Assembly (NCBI GenBank): GCA_965112735.1
Contig: OZ218950.1
Location: 1,054,001-1,118,000 of the forward strand
DNA from: Phaeosaccion multiseriatum
Lineage: Eukaryota > Protista > Ochrophyta, other classes
Length of the DNA stretch: 64,000 nucleotides
Reading direction: 5' to 3'
Below the pieces are notes generated by a model that saw only the letters and a program-made list of their open reading frames with translations, was not told where the DNA came from and made no database searches. The position numbers and the translations under genes are program-made. Positions 1 through 21,900 of the stretch are shown here, one piece after another. How positions within the stretch are numbered: the first letter of the stretch is position 1; each line of letters begins with the position of its first letter.

Positions 1-8459
<8,459 letters not shown>

Positions 8460-9492
8460 GGACAGGTGACGGTTGGCCCCGAAGCGACTGACTGAGCGAG
8501 GACAGGATGGTAGGGCAGAGAGAGAGAGAGAGAGAGAGAGAGATGGGTCGGTGGTGACTAGCTAGCTCGTGATCAGCTCGCGCCGTTGATATCGTTGACG
8601 CACTTGGGCTCCATGGATTGGGTCCACTCCACTAGTAGCGACGCTTGCAACGACAAGCAAGGCCCTCTTGATGGGCTGCGCGAGGCACACGTTGCAGCTT
8701 GGCGACAGAGAGGAGAGGCGAGCAGGAAAGGGGATGAGCAAAGGCCAGGTATCCCACGTGAGTGAGCGACTACCTGACTAAGTGGGTGAGTGAGTGAGTG
8801 AGTGAGTGAGTGAATGGGTGGGTGAGTGGGTGAGTGAGGTGTCTCCGACACGAGGTCTCGCTCGCGTGCTCTCCTCCCCCCGACCTCCCTTGACTCAAGC
8901 AATTCAAGAGGACGGAGAGAGGGAGGCCTTGACTCAAGCAATTCAAGAGGACCGCCGCTCGACGAGAAGCGAAGCAACGCAAAGAAGCTTGTGCTCCCAG
9001 AGCAGCAGCGATAGTAGCTAGGAGCGAGCGGCCACAGCAGCAGCAGCAGCAGTAGTAGCAGCAGCAGTAGCAGAGGCAATAGCAGCAATGGCAAGAGCAG
9101 CAGCGCCAGAGGGAAGGGCTGACTTAGCTCGGACTGGATTGACTCCTGCCGAACAGGGCCCGCCCGCCAACGCGCTGCGAGTCACCAGCCAGGCCCTCAA
9201 GGAGGAGCAGAGGAAGGAAGCTCTCTCTCTCAAGGAGGTAATAAGGGCCGAGTTACTCATATACAGCAGTGCAGTATAGTATAGTACAATGCAAAGATAG
9301 AGAGAATGGTTACTGATTGTTGGTTAAGTTAATTAATTGATTAAAAATGTTATTGTATTGTAATTGTAATTGTAAATTGTAATTGTGTCGATTTTTCTCC
9401 TCTTTCATTGACATACTTCTACATATTATTTCGCTGACTTATGTGCTGCGTCAGCGAGGGAGTCGTTGATTTGGCCACCTTGTCGACAAAAT

Positions 9493-12400
9493 ATGAAGGC
9501 CTGCCGGGGCAAGAGGAGACCAGCGGCTGCGGCAGCTGCTGCAGCTATATTCGTCTTCTCTCCAGTGTCTGTGGTGGGATTCAGTGGTGGTAGCAGTGTT
9601 TGGAAGGCACACAGACTTGGCCCCACCCAGCACAAGCACAAGCACCAACACTTTCAAGCTGCGGCTTCTCTCTACAGGGGCCCTGAAGCGGCGGCAACTT
9701 CGGTCCGGCGATGTGCCTCGGCGGAGGACAATCCTTTGCCATCAGCGACAGACACAGTCACAGACGGGCCCGAGGATGGAAGCGAGATGGAGGGGAAAAG
9801 AGCAGCAGCAGCGGCGGCGGAGAGGAAAAGACTGCAGATGGCCAGGATTGGGCAGGCGGCACCCTCCATGGACAGCAGCAGCAGCACTGAGCAGCAGCAG
9901 CCGCTATTACTGATGCAAGACCAAGAGCAAGAGGACGAGTTGCCTCGAGAGGTGCCCCGACCTGGCAGTGCAGTGATTGGGGGAGTGACCTTCGAAAGAA
10001 TGGGGGCTACAAACAAACCTTCCGGTGCGTGAGTGTTCGCGTGAGTGTTCGCGTGTGTGTCCTGCCTCAATTTGGCTTACATCAAGGGCTTGATCCCTCT
10101 CTACTCTCTGTCTCTCGCTGGCTCGGCCTTATCCCTTGATCCCTCTCTCCCTCTTCTCTCTCGCCTTGTCTCTCTCTCTCTCTCGCCCGCCTTGTTTTCC
10201 TCTCCCTCTCCCTTTCCCTGTCTCTTGTCGTTCTTGTGAAACACAGAGCCTGGGAAGCGAGACCTCGTGCTGTTCATTCCCGGTATCGATGGGATGGACA
10301 TTGAGAGCAGGCTTCAATTCGACTCGCTGTCGCAAGATTTTGATAGCTGGGTGGTCAAGCTGAAGGGAAGGTGTGTAAATCAGCGCGACAAGCTGAAGCG
10401 GGGAAGAGAGAGAGGGGGAAGGGGGGAACGAGAGAGAGGGAGCTCCACTTTGGCAGGAACACAACGGTGTGAGGTGGTCTCACTCAAGCCTTGTATCGAC
10501 GACCCTTTTTCACTGCAGCACTCACACCCTCGTCTTCTCTCACTCCTTCCTCTCTCCCTACACCATATCTCTCCTGTCTCTCCCTCCGCATCCTCCTCTT
10601 CGACCCCCTCCCCCCCACCCCACCCACCCTTTCGCCTCTGCCCAGTGACCGCAACACGTTCGGGCAGCTTGTGACTCACGTCATCGACTTTCTCACGGAG
10701 AAGGCCGCGGAGGAAATGGACGCTTATGGCCTTGATGTAAGTGGCAAAATACTACTACTGCTGCCGCAGTTGCTGCCGCATGACCATAACCAGCTGCTGC
10801 TGCTGGTGGTGGTGGTGTTGTTGGATCATGTACCCACCTCCCAACCTTGCTGCTGTATCACCAACTCCCATACCACGCACCAATCATCAGGCTCCTCGTA
10901 AGGTGTACCTCTCCGGCACCTCGTTCGGCGCTCTCTTGTCCCTGGGTGTGGCTCTCAAGGCCCCCGAGCTGCTGCACGGAGTCATTGCGATCAACCCCGC
11001 CACCTCCTTCACCAGGCAAGGCAGGCAGGGAGGGAGGAAGGGAGGAAAAGAGGGAGGGAGGGAGGAAGGGAGGAAAAGAGGGGGGGAGGGAGGGAGGGAG
11101 GGAGGGAAGGAGGGAGGGAGGGAGGGAGGATGGAGGGAGGGAGGATGGAGGGAGGGAGGGAGGGAGGGAAGGAGGGAGGGAGGGAGGAGAGGAGGTAGGG
11201 AGGGATGGAGGAGAGGAGGAAGGGAGTGGAGGGGGGAGGGGAGGAGGGGAGGAGGATGGCAAGGCGGGAGGGAGGGAGGGAGGGAGGGAGGGAGGGAGGG
11301 AGGGGGGAAGCGCTTGGTGGTGTCAATGCCGTGTAATTGATGCTCTGACCTGCCCCTCTGCCCTTGCTTGGCCCTTCCTCTTTTTCTCCCTCCCTCCCCA
11401 CCCCACCCTCAGGTCAGCATGGCCCCTGCTGGCCCCTCTAGTGACCCGAGCGCCCAACAAGCTCGCGTTCCAGGCTCTCTTCGGGGCCTTCCTCGCAGTC
11501 ACACTCCCCGACACGAGCAACGCCGTCAAGTACTTGGTGCGTGTGGGTGGGTGCGTGCGTGTGGGTGGGTGTGCGGGTGCGTGGGTGTGTGTGGGCGTGT
11601 GTGACAGGGTGCGTGCGTGCGCGTGTCCGCTGGGTGCATTTCTTGCTTGGGCTGCTGTTGACCTGCGGATGCCCAACTTGTTGGCGGGCAATTCGCTCGT
11701 GGCTCTCCCTTCCTATGCTCACGCCCGCAGAAACCCTCTCCGTTCCGCCACCTCCCATCCCCTCTGTTTCCAACTCTTTTTCTCACTCTCTTCCTCTCTT
11801 CCTCTCTTCCTCTCTCTCTCTCTCTCTTCTCTCCTTCTTTCTCCCTCTCCCTCTCGCCCCTGCCTTCTACCTCGTGCGCGCACTCCTCATCCGCACAGTC
11901 CGAATACTCCCGACTTGGCGACGATGAAAAGGGTTCCTTCCTCTCTTCCACCCTTGAGGAGGTACGCGCACTACTCGCACTACTTTCTACGTACTGAATG
12001 TATGAATAGATGCCTTTGCTTGCTTGCTTGCTTTGCTGGCTTGGCCCGCTCTTCGCTGAGAGAATACCATCCTCCTGACTCTCACTTGCAACATGGAGAG
12101 AGAGAAGCATGTAAGCATCTAAGACTCTCAACATCAAAGACGAAGGCCACCCCCAACATCGGACAACTCCCCTCCCTCCCTTTCCCTCCCCTCCGTTCCT
12201 CTCCCTTCCCCTCCCTTCCTCTCCCTTCCCCTCCCCTCCCCTCCCCTCCCCTCCCCTCCCTTCCCCTCCCCTCCCCTCCCCTCCCCTCCTCTCCCCTCCC
12301 TTCCCCTCCCCTCCCCTCCTCTTCCCTCTCCCCTCCCTTCCCCTCCCCACTACTCCTCTTCCCTCCCCACTCCTCCGCTCCCCTCCCCTCCCCTCCCCTC

Positions 12401-12705
12401 CTCTCCCCTCCCCTCCCCTCCGCTCCCCTCCCCTCCCTCCCTTCCCATAGGTGGGTGGTCTCTTCTCTGGCCTCTTCGAGACGCTGACTGCGGAGAGTTT
12501 GAGGTGGAGATTGGGGTCGTGGCTGAAGCTCGGCTGCGACAGAGTCAACCCCCGCCTTCAGCTCCTGCAGGTGAGAGCGAGGACTCAAGTCCACATCACT
12601 TTTTGTTTGTGTCTCTCTCTCTTGTTCTCTCTCCTCTCTCTTCTTCTCTTGTCCCTCGTTTCTTTGTAGTCTAACCGGGGCCTTTTCTACGGTGATGGCG
12701 CGCGC

Positions 12706-12747
<42 letters not shown>

Positions 12748-12985
12748 GCGTGAGAGCAGGTGCCTGTGCTGGTGGTGGCCGGAGAGGAGGACCGTATGCT
12801 TCCATCCGCGGAAGAGGCGGAAAGGTACGGTATAAGCATCGGTATACTCAGAAGAGAGAGGAGGAGAGAGAGGGAGAGAGGAGAAAGGGAGAGAGGAGAA
12901 AGGGAGACACCTACCTGTTTCCCTTCCGTACCCTACAATACGTTAGTCAGTTGCGGGCAGGTTGGAGGAGGCCCCCATCCTCGGC

Positions 12986-13057
<72 letters not shown>

Positions 13058-16000
13058 CTGCTACCCCTTCCCGGGCGGTCTATGGTAGCTGCTGGTCCCC
13101 TCACCCACGCACCCAACCTCACCCCCCCAACTCCATCCAACAGACTAGTGTCAAGGATACCCAAGAGCGAGAAGCTGCTATTGGAGGGAGTGGGTCACGC
13201 AGCGCTCATCGAGCCCCTTCAGTTTAACCTCGGCAAGACTATCAAGGAGTGCTTCTTTTATGCAGGTAGGCAGCAGGAGGAGGAGGAGGAGGAGGAGGAG
13301 GAGGAGGAGGAGGAGGAGGAGGAGGAGGAGGAGGAGGAGGAGGCGGAGGAGGCGGAGGAGGAGGAGGAGGAGGAGGAGGAGGAGGCGGAGGAGGAGGAGA
13401 GGAGGCGGAGGAGGAGGAGGAGGAGGAGGAGGAGGAGGAGGAGGGTAGTTTGCTTGCATTCACTCCCTTCCTCTGTGCCTCCTTTCACACACCCTCACCC
13501 CTCTTTGCTCCTCCGTCTCACTTCACAACACTTCAAACAACACCCTCACCCCTCTTTGCTCCTCTGTCTCACTTCACAACACTTCAACCAACCACACCAT
13601 CACCCCTCTTTGCTCCTCTGTCTCACTTCACAACACTTCAAACAACACCATCACCCCTCTTTGCTCCTCTGTCTCACTTCACAACACTTCAACCAACCAC
13701 ACAACGGATGCATCATCCGTAGCTGAGGAGAGCGAGAGCAAAGACAAGAAAACAACGAAGGCTAAGAAGGTGGTGAAGGAGCGAGACCCCGTGCTGGACT
13801 GGAAGCTTAACCTGGACTCCGAAGCCGCCAAAGAACAGCTTAAAACACTCGATCGAGTCACCAAGCTGCTCAGTCCGGTCACTTTCAGCGTGGACGGCGA
13901 GGGCAAAGTGTTCGAGGGGGCGGAGGGACTGCCGGACTTGGGTGACAAGCCCATTCTCTTTGTTGGCAATCATCAGATTCTAGGATTCGACCTCGGCCTT
14001 ATGCTCAAGGCTGTCCTGGGTGAGTGTGTGTGTGTATGTGGGGGTGGGTGGGTGGGTGGGTGGGTGGGTGGATGTGTGTATGTCTAAGTGTGTAGTGTGG
14101 GTGGGTGAGTTGGAGTTGGAGTTGGAGGGTGTGTGCGTATGTGTGCGTATGTCTATTTTCATTTAAATGTGCGTGTGTGTGTGTGTGTGTTAATGTGTGG
14201 GTGTTTGTGCGTGCTGGCATTTGTGCGTGCTGGCATGAGGTCTTGAGACGTCATGACTGAGCCAGACAATAACTTACCCCTCGCCTCGTCTTCCCACGTC
14301 TCTCTTCCCTCTCGCCCCCTTCCTCTCCTTGTCCCACTCCTCCCCTCACTCACCCTTTTTTTCCTCGATCACCCCCACTACCGATGCCCAATATGGACCA
14401 CTCACAGATGACAAGGGATACGTTCCACGTGGTCTCGCGCATCCGATGGCGATGGTACGTAGAACGTGTACCACACAGGAGCATCGAAGAGACTTTCAAC
14501 CCTCACCCCCATCACTCACTCCCTCGACTCACTTGACTCACTCTCATACTCGCGCCCTCCCTCCCTTGCCCTCCCGCCCTCACCCACTCACTCGCTCCTT
14601 GACTGAAGCACTTACTCACTCACTCGCTCTCCCACTCAGTGACTCACTCACTCACTCATGCACGCACGCACTGACTCACTCACTCCACTCACTCCACTCA
14701 CTTACTCACCCACTCACCCACCCACTCACCCACCCAGTACTCACTCACTCACACCCATTCCCTGCTTACTCAATCACCCACTCACTCACCCACTCACTCA
14801 CTCACTCACTTACTCACTCACTAAATCACTCAATCACCCACTCACTCACCCACTCACTCATCCACCCACTCACTCACTCACTCACTCACTCATCCACTCA
14901 CTCACTCACTCACTCACTCACTCCACTCACTCACTCACTCACTCACTCATCCACTCACTCACTCACTCACTCACTCACTCCACTCACTCACTCACTCACT
15001 CATCCACTCACTCACTCACTCACTCACTAAATCACTCAATCACTAAATCACTCAATCACCCACTCACTCACCCACTCACTCATCCACCCACTCACTCACT
15101 CACTCACTCACTCATCCACTCACTCACCCACTCACTCACTCACTCACTCACTCACTCATCCACTCACTCACTCACTCACTCACTCACTAAATCACTCAAT
15201 CACCCACTCACTCACCCACTCACTCATCCACCCACTCACTCACTCACTCACTCACCCACTCACTCACTCACTCACTCACTCACTCTCTCACTCACTCACC
15301 CACCCACTCACTCACCCACTCACTCACCCACTCACTCACTCACCCACTCACTCACTCACTCACTCATCCACTCACTCACCCACTCACCCACTCACTCATC
15401 CACCCACTCACTCACTCACTCACTCACTCAGGGTATGGGGCCCGCCGCAATAGGAGCAGGCACACCCACCGCCGACGACTCAGGTAGGTTAGGCGGAGGA
15501 GTATGGAGACTTACGATGGCAGCCGATGGGTATGATGGGTACCATGTGTGGGTGTATGGGTTTAGGTGTGCACTGCACCATCACGATGCCTACCGGTGTG
15601 TCCCACCAAGCTCGCGTTATGCATACTTGATATATGTGTATGTATACAATAATTGTTTTCTCTGATCGACCCGCAGTGCTTGCAAGCTCCCTACCTGCCT
15701 ACCTACCCACCTAACTCTCTCTGCACTGTGTACACACTTTCGATTTCTCCCCACACCCTCCCATCCCTTCCCACCCATCCACCTACCCATCCGCGTTGCA
15801 TCATCCACACACACACACACATACACACACACTCGCACGCACACACACGCACACACACGCACACACACGCACACAACAGCAGACACCAAACCCTCCCGGC
15901 CATCGCCTTTCCCACCCCCTCCCTTCGGTCGCCGCTCCTCCTCCTCCTCCTCTTCGCCGCCTCCCTCGGGAAAGCCCAGCCGCAGAGAGCCTCTCCGAAG

Positions 16001-18354
16001 GTAAGGGGTGGGGAGGAGCGCGAGTGAAGAGGAGGGTAGAAAGCGCACTGGTGGGCGAGCCGGGATGGGTGGGTAGGCGGAGAGGGCGAGTGAGAGTGCG
16101 AGCGAGGGGGGGGGGGGGGGGGGTTCTATGGCATGACCGCACACACGTGCCAAGTAGCCGTCCACTTGCCCCTACCCACTTGCCCCTACCCACTCACCCA
16201 TCCACCCACCTCCTACCTCCCTCCCTCCCTCCCTCCCTCCGCCCCTTCCCTTCCCCCCTCCCTCCCCAGTTTGGGCGAGGAGACCATGGGGCAGTTCGGT
16301 GGAGCTTTGAAGAACGCCCCCGGCCTACTTGGCGACAAGGCGAGAAGAGAGGCCAAGGAAGGACCACATCAGGCCAAGGGTGAGGGGGAGAGTGAGGGTG
16401 AGGGTGGTGAGGACGGCCCTGCCTTCCGTCCCGGAGCCATGCCGGCGGTGTTCAGCGAGTTTGGAGCCGTGCCTGTGAGCCCCACCAACTTCTACAGACT
16501 GCTACAGAACGGGGATCCGGTGCTCTTGTTCCCTGGAGGGGGCAGGTGAGTGAGAAGAGGAGTGTGTGTGTGCGTGCGTGTGTGTGTGTGTGTGTGTGTG
16601 AGTGTGTGAGTGTGTGGTTGTGTGTGAGTGTGAATTGTTTGTTTGTGGGGGGTGGGAGGGAGAGAGGGTGGGAGGGAGGGAGATTTGAGCGATGGAGTGA
16701 TGGAGTGATGGAGTGAGTGAGTGGGGGAGTGAAGACCCACCCACCCACCTACTCACCTACCCACCTATCCACTCTCCCTCCCTCCCCCCCACCTACCCAC
16801 CCACCGACTCGTCCGACCCACCCACCCACCCTCTGTCCTGACACCCACCCACTGACTTACTACACCCACCGCCAGAGAGGCCCTCCATCTGAAGGGAGAG
16901 GCTTACAAGCTGTTTTGGCCTGAAGAGAGCGAGTTCGTGAGGATGGCCGCCGCCTTCGACTGCACCATCGTACCCTTCTCGGCCATTGGCTCTGCGGACT
17001 GCCTGGACATCTTGTTGGACGGGGACGAGATAGTGAACTTGCCCTTCGGACTCGGAGACAGGGCAAAGGTGAGAAGCAGAAGAAGAGAGAGGAAGAGAAG
17101 AGAAGGGGGAGGGTAAAGGGGAGGGGGAGGAGGAGGCTTTTAGTTGTTCTTTCCACTGAAGGTCAACCCACCTTGCGCATCCGTGTGTTTGGGGTGGTGG
17201 TGGTGTGAATTGTGGGAGAAGTGGAGCGGTACTGAAACTGAACTGAACCAGACCAACCATTGACTCAATCAATCGCTCAACCAACCAACCAACCACCCAA
17301 CCAATCAATCAATCGCGCAACCAACCAACCATCCAACCTATCAATCACTCAACCAACCAACCAACCAACCAACCAACCAACCAACCAACCACTGGTGCAA
17401 CAGGCCTTCTCTAAAGCCGTCCCAAAGGCTCGCACCACGGGCCCCATGGATAAGGAGCACTTCATCTTCCCCGTAGTCGCACCCCGGACGCCCGCCCGTC
17501 ACTACTTCCTCTTTGGGCAGCCCATCTCGACGGCTTACATCAACAAGAGGGACAGGGAGGAGTGTGAGGTTGTGTACAAGCAGACCAAGAAGGCGGTGGA
17601 GGAGGGTGAGTAGAGTGGAGTGAAGTGGAGGGATGGCAGTGGATGGATGGCAGTGGATGGAGAGAGTGCGCTTGGGGAGTGAAGGAGGGGGTATAGTCCC
17701 TCTCCCTCGCCCGTTTCTCTTCACGTCTCTCTCACACACACTTCTCCTCCCTCCCTCCCTCCCTCCCTCCCCCCCTCCCAGGCATTGACCTCCTGCTGGA
17801 AGCCCGTAAGAGCGATCCTTACCGAGACCCTGCCAAGCGCATCTTGTTCGAGACTGTGCAGGGAGAGAAGGCCCCGACCTTCCCCACAACAATCATCGAG
17901 AAAGGTCCGTTACAGAACGGTCCAAGAACGGCTCGCTGCGGGTGGTTGTGGGGTACAAATCTGAATTTTTTTAGACTAGTAGTACAGGATACAGGTGGAA
18001 GAAGGTCACCGGGGTGGGGCCATGCTGGTGGACCAACGGGCCTGCTTGCCAACTGGAATTGAAACTCACACACCTGCCCTACCCCTATCTATTATCCATC
18101 CCTCGCTGCCTGACCTCGGCTTCCTCCCCCCCCTCCCAGGCGTCGCACGGATGACGAAAAGGGCCTCAAAGGCTAAGGCCAATGCATCCACAACACCAGT
18201 AGCACCACCAGCACCACCAGCACCACCAGCACCACCAGCAGCAGTAGTAGAAGCACCAGCAGCAGACGCAGTTTCTGCTGCAGTATCAGCAGTAGCAGGG
18301 GCAGTAGGAGAAGGAAGAGAAGGAGCAGCAGCACACACATCTTCCGGGATGTGA
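9493..18354 (+). CDS. Phytyl ester synthase-like (ELT family) alpha/beta-hydrolase plus acyltransferase
   Basis: 18 phase-consistent exons, 9493-10024 through 18140-18354. Motifs [17 protein letters not shown] (GxSxG), [31 protein letters not shown] (HxxxxD), [47 protein letters not shown] and DPYR, as in plant PES1/PES2. Confidence 0.9.
13491..13703 (+). repeat. Intronic tandem repeat of about 51-54 bp, 4 copies
   Basis: TCACCCCTCTTTGCTCCTCTGTCTCACTTCACAACACTTCAA repeated. Confidence 0.9.
14510..15430 (+). repeat. (CACT)n/(CACC)n microsatellite filling a PES intron
   Basis: About 0.9 kb tetranucleotide array ending at the acceptor at 15430-15431. Confidence 0.95.
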
Positions 18355-18992
18355 CGTACGTGATCAGACTGGTGTAACGTCATAAGACTTACGTACGATA
18401 CGAAGGAAAAGTGTGGCTGGCGCTCTTGTCAGCACTTTGGTTTTTAGTCAAGGAAGCAATTTGCTGAGCTTAAGAGAGCACTTGTATTGTAGTAGGTGGA
18501 CGCGTTTTTGTGCTTTTGTTTCAATAATACATACATGGTAAATATAAAAAACAGTTTTGCAAAGTGGTGTGCTCCCGACCTTTTCCCCGCGCTCTGGTTC
18601 CAGCCTCCCAAGGAGAAACGACAAAACAAAAATATAGAATACAAATATAAAATCGTATTGTACAATTGACCACACAACACATACTCACGGATATCCAACT
18701 ACACTCCACTCCCCTCCACTGCCATCTGCCATCATCACTAGATGGCCGTTGGCCCCGCCTGTCCTACTCTTGTCCCCCCTCCTCGTGCTCTCCCGCCGTG
18801 CCTCCTCCGACCCTGCTCCGGCAGCGAGGCTCGCGCCCAGTGCCCTCTCACCGCTGATCGACCTCTCCTTCTCCTCCTCCTCCCCCTCCTCCTCCCCCTC
18901 CTCCTCCTCCTCATCGTCATCATCATCATCATCATCATCACCATCATCATCATCATCCCCCTCCTCCTTGTCTCCCTCCTTCCTTCCCTCCT

Positions 18993-21900
18993 TTAAAGCA
19001 CCTCCTCCCCTCCCACCTTGCCGCTGTTGCCTCTGGCGACGGTGACGTCTTTCTTGGGAAGAGCGCTCTCCTTCACCCCATTCACCGCACCCCTCGCTCG
19101 CTTCACGCCCACCATCAGCGCAAGTCCGGCCACCACCGCCCCGACCGCAATACCAATTGTCATGGCATCAGCTCCTCCTGCTCCTCCGATTCCCGCTATT
19201 CCTCGCGTGGCCTCACCTTCTCCTTCCCCTTCGTTGCCACTCCCTCCACCCGTGGACCTTGCCGTGACGGTGACGTCCACATAGTCGCCATCTGTTGAGC
19301 TCACCTTGTCCACACTGCTCGAGGCTCTGTCGAACCCCGTCAGCAAGGCACTGCCCTGTTCAGTGGCCATGAGAGCCCTAAGCTCAGCGACGGACGTAGA
19401 AGAGAACACCGAGGCGGTACTTGCCCCGACGATGGTGGCTTCGACAGCGAGATGAGCACCGCCGGAACCGGAAGATGCGTCTCCTTCTCCTTCGGTAGAG
19501 GAGGAGCAGGGTGTATCGAAGCCCCTGCGGTGCACAGAGACGGTCCCCTCGTCCACGCCCAGCCAGTCGGCTACGAGCTTCACGAGGCCATCTGTGACTG
19601 CGGTCGAGGAGTCGGTTTCGGAATCGGCCGTTTCAAAAGCGCACGTGTCCACTCCGCCAAAGAGCAGATGGAGGGTGAGGAGGCTCGAATCCACGTACGA
19701 GAAAATGTCCCCGGTCGACTTGCACTTGTCCACATCACAACCAGCGTTGAGGCAAGCGCTGATGACGTCATCTCGATCCATGACTTGCTCCAGACACGAC
19801 TCCGTACAGCCCGTCAGCACGTTGGCATAAGTGCTGCATTGATCGGCATCATCCTCTAGGTAGGCAGCGGGCGAGTCCTTAAAGCAGGTGGTGTAGCAGT
19901 TGGGTGTATCCACGCTACCCCGGTGCGACACCTCACCCTGACAAATATGTCCCCCGGTCCCGAACTCCTTGGTGGAGTGTGCAAAGCCCGTCTTGCCTGT
20001 CGTCGCCGTCGCCAACGCCCTTCGCTCCTGCACCACCCACTCCACCATGTGGGGTGAGTCGCCTCCGCTGGCACTGACAGTGTAGCAGCCGGCGTCAAGC
20101 CCACACACTGCCCTTGTTCTCGAGTCCGTTACTTCACTGACATACGTGCCCGACGCCAGAGCGGTGCCGGACGAGTCAGAGACGGTCCACTCTGCAGCGG
20201 AGGCGGCGGTGGCGGCTGTATCACCAACTGCTGGTGATGATGTGGAAGAGCTCCACGCCGTGTCGCCGAGGTGCAGAGTCACGCTGTTGCCGTCACCCAC
20301 CCCTCCGCAATCCAACATGTCCTCCCCATTGCCGTTACAGAAGCCTCCATCGCTGTGGGGGAAGGAGACGGAGAGCGCCAGCTGGTCGGGCAGGCAGCAA
20401 GGGCATAGCGGGAGGGCATCGTCGTCGCCATCTGCCGCAATGTTCTTGTTCCACCGACACCTTCTGCACCCCATGCCGGCCCCTACACATCCGGGCTCAT
20501 CGGGTTGCTCCAAACACACTCGTGTGTACATGTAGCCGAGTCCACTCTCCATGTCTTGCAGGGTGGTGAGTGCGGGGCAGCCGCCATCACAGGCCTCCGA
20601 GTCGGCATATGAAACTGCCTCTGTTTCTGAAACGCTTGTCAAGCTGCCGGTGCTTGTCAAGCGCGTCTCCTGGCCGGTGTAGTATCCGCAGGACCCGGGC
20701 TTGATGGCAGTGGGGTCCTCATTCGCGCTCTGACCCCCAATCAGATTCAACACTGCCACCACCCCTGTGTCAGAGTGCTCGTGAATATGGCAGTGCATGG
20801 CCGCCTTGCCGCCGAAACGCTCCACTCGGAACCGAATCACAGTTGGCGTGGACGTGCTAATGGTATCGATCCAATCTCCCGAGTGGTACCACCCCGGTAA
20901 GAGAGTGGTGGCCCCCTGCACCCCAATCTTGTCCTGCACTTGCATGTGATTCACATGCATGTGGAAGGGGTGCGGGTTCGAGTCCTCCACGTACCACTGC
21001 ACCACGTCCTGAAACTGCAAATTCATGAGGTAGTCCTCCGGCCCGGTGAAGATCTGACCATTGATGTTGGACCGTACGACGATGGTGTCCTCTACATCAG
21101 GCTCCTCCACTTCACGCAGGTCCTCGAGGTAGTAAGGGCGGCAGGGTGTCCAAGCGTCGAGGTCAGGGGCGGGGGGGGAGGCGCTGGGTTCGACCGAGAC
21201 CGTAAAGAGCGTGTACAGAGCGGCCTGTGCGTGTTGGTGATACAGAGGGGGAGGGGGGGTGTTTAGTAATGAGCGAGCGAGTTAGCAAGGGTAGGAGGCA
21301 TGCGTTTTAATTTGAATTTCATCCCGTGTTGCATTGCCTTTCAATTCATGCTCATCTCAACCCATCTTCATCTTCCATCTTGCTCACCTCATTCCCCTCG
21401 GAAACGGCGGTGAGTGCATACTCCCCCTCGCTACACCGCACCGCCACATCCACTCTCGAGGCGGGCGTAAAGAACATGGCCCCGTCGTCAAGCTGCCTGG
21501 GCACCTCTGAAATGTACACTCCATCGAGGGCAAGCAGCTGCAGAGAGCATTCCCCGTCTGCGACTCCGGTGAGGGTGAAGCGGTGATTCGCTCCATGGCC
21601 GGAGAAGAAGAGGCGAAGACGGTGCCATTGGCCGTCTTCGAGAGAGAGAACGCTGTCGGTTCGACCGTTGGCGAGGTAGAAGGTCTCCTGGTTGGAGGAG
21701 GCTTGGGGGCGAAGGAAGGGGGTGGGGAGGGGGTGCCGGGTCGGGGGGGGGGGGGGATGGAAGTGAGGAGGGGAGGGGAAGGGTGGGGAAGGAGGGAGGG
21801 AGGGAGGGAGGGAGAGAGAGAGAGAGTGTGTGTGTGTGTGTGTGTGTGTGCGTGTGTGTATGTGAAGTCTCTTGGCCATGGCGGGGTGAAGGCAGTCAGG

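Noticed and set aside
8570-9279. Possible small gene between the channel and PES, including a 25-bp direct repeat near 8889 and 8928
   Set aside because: Donor-like sites exist, but I found no phase-consistent model and no recognisable domain.
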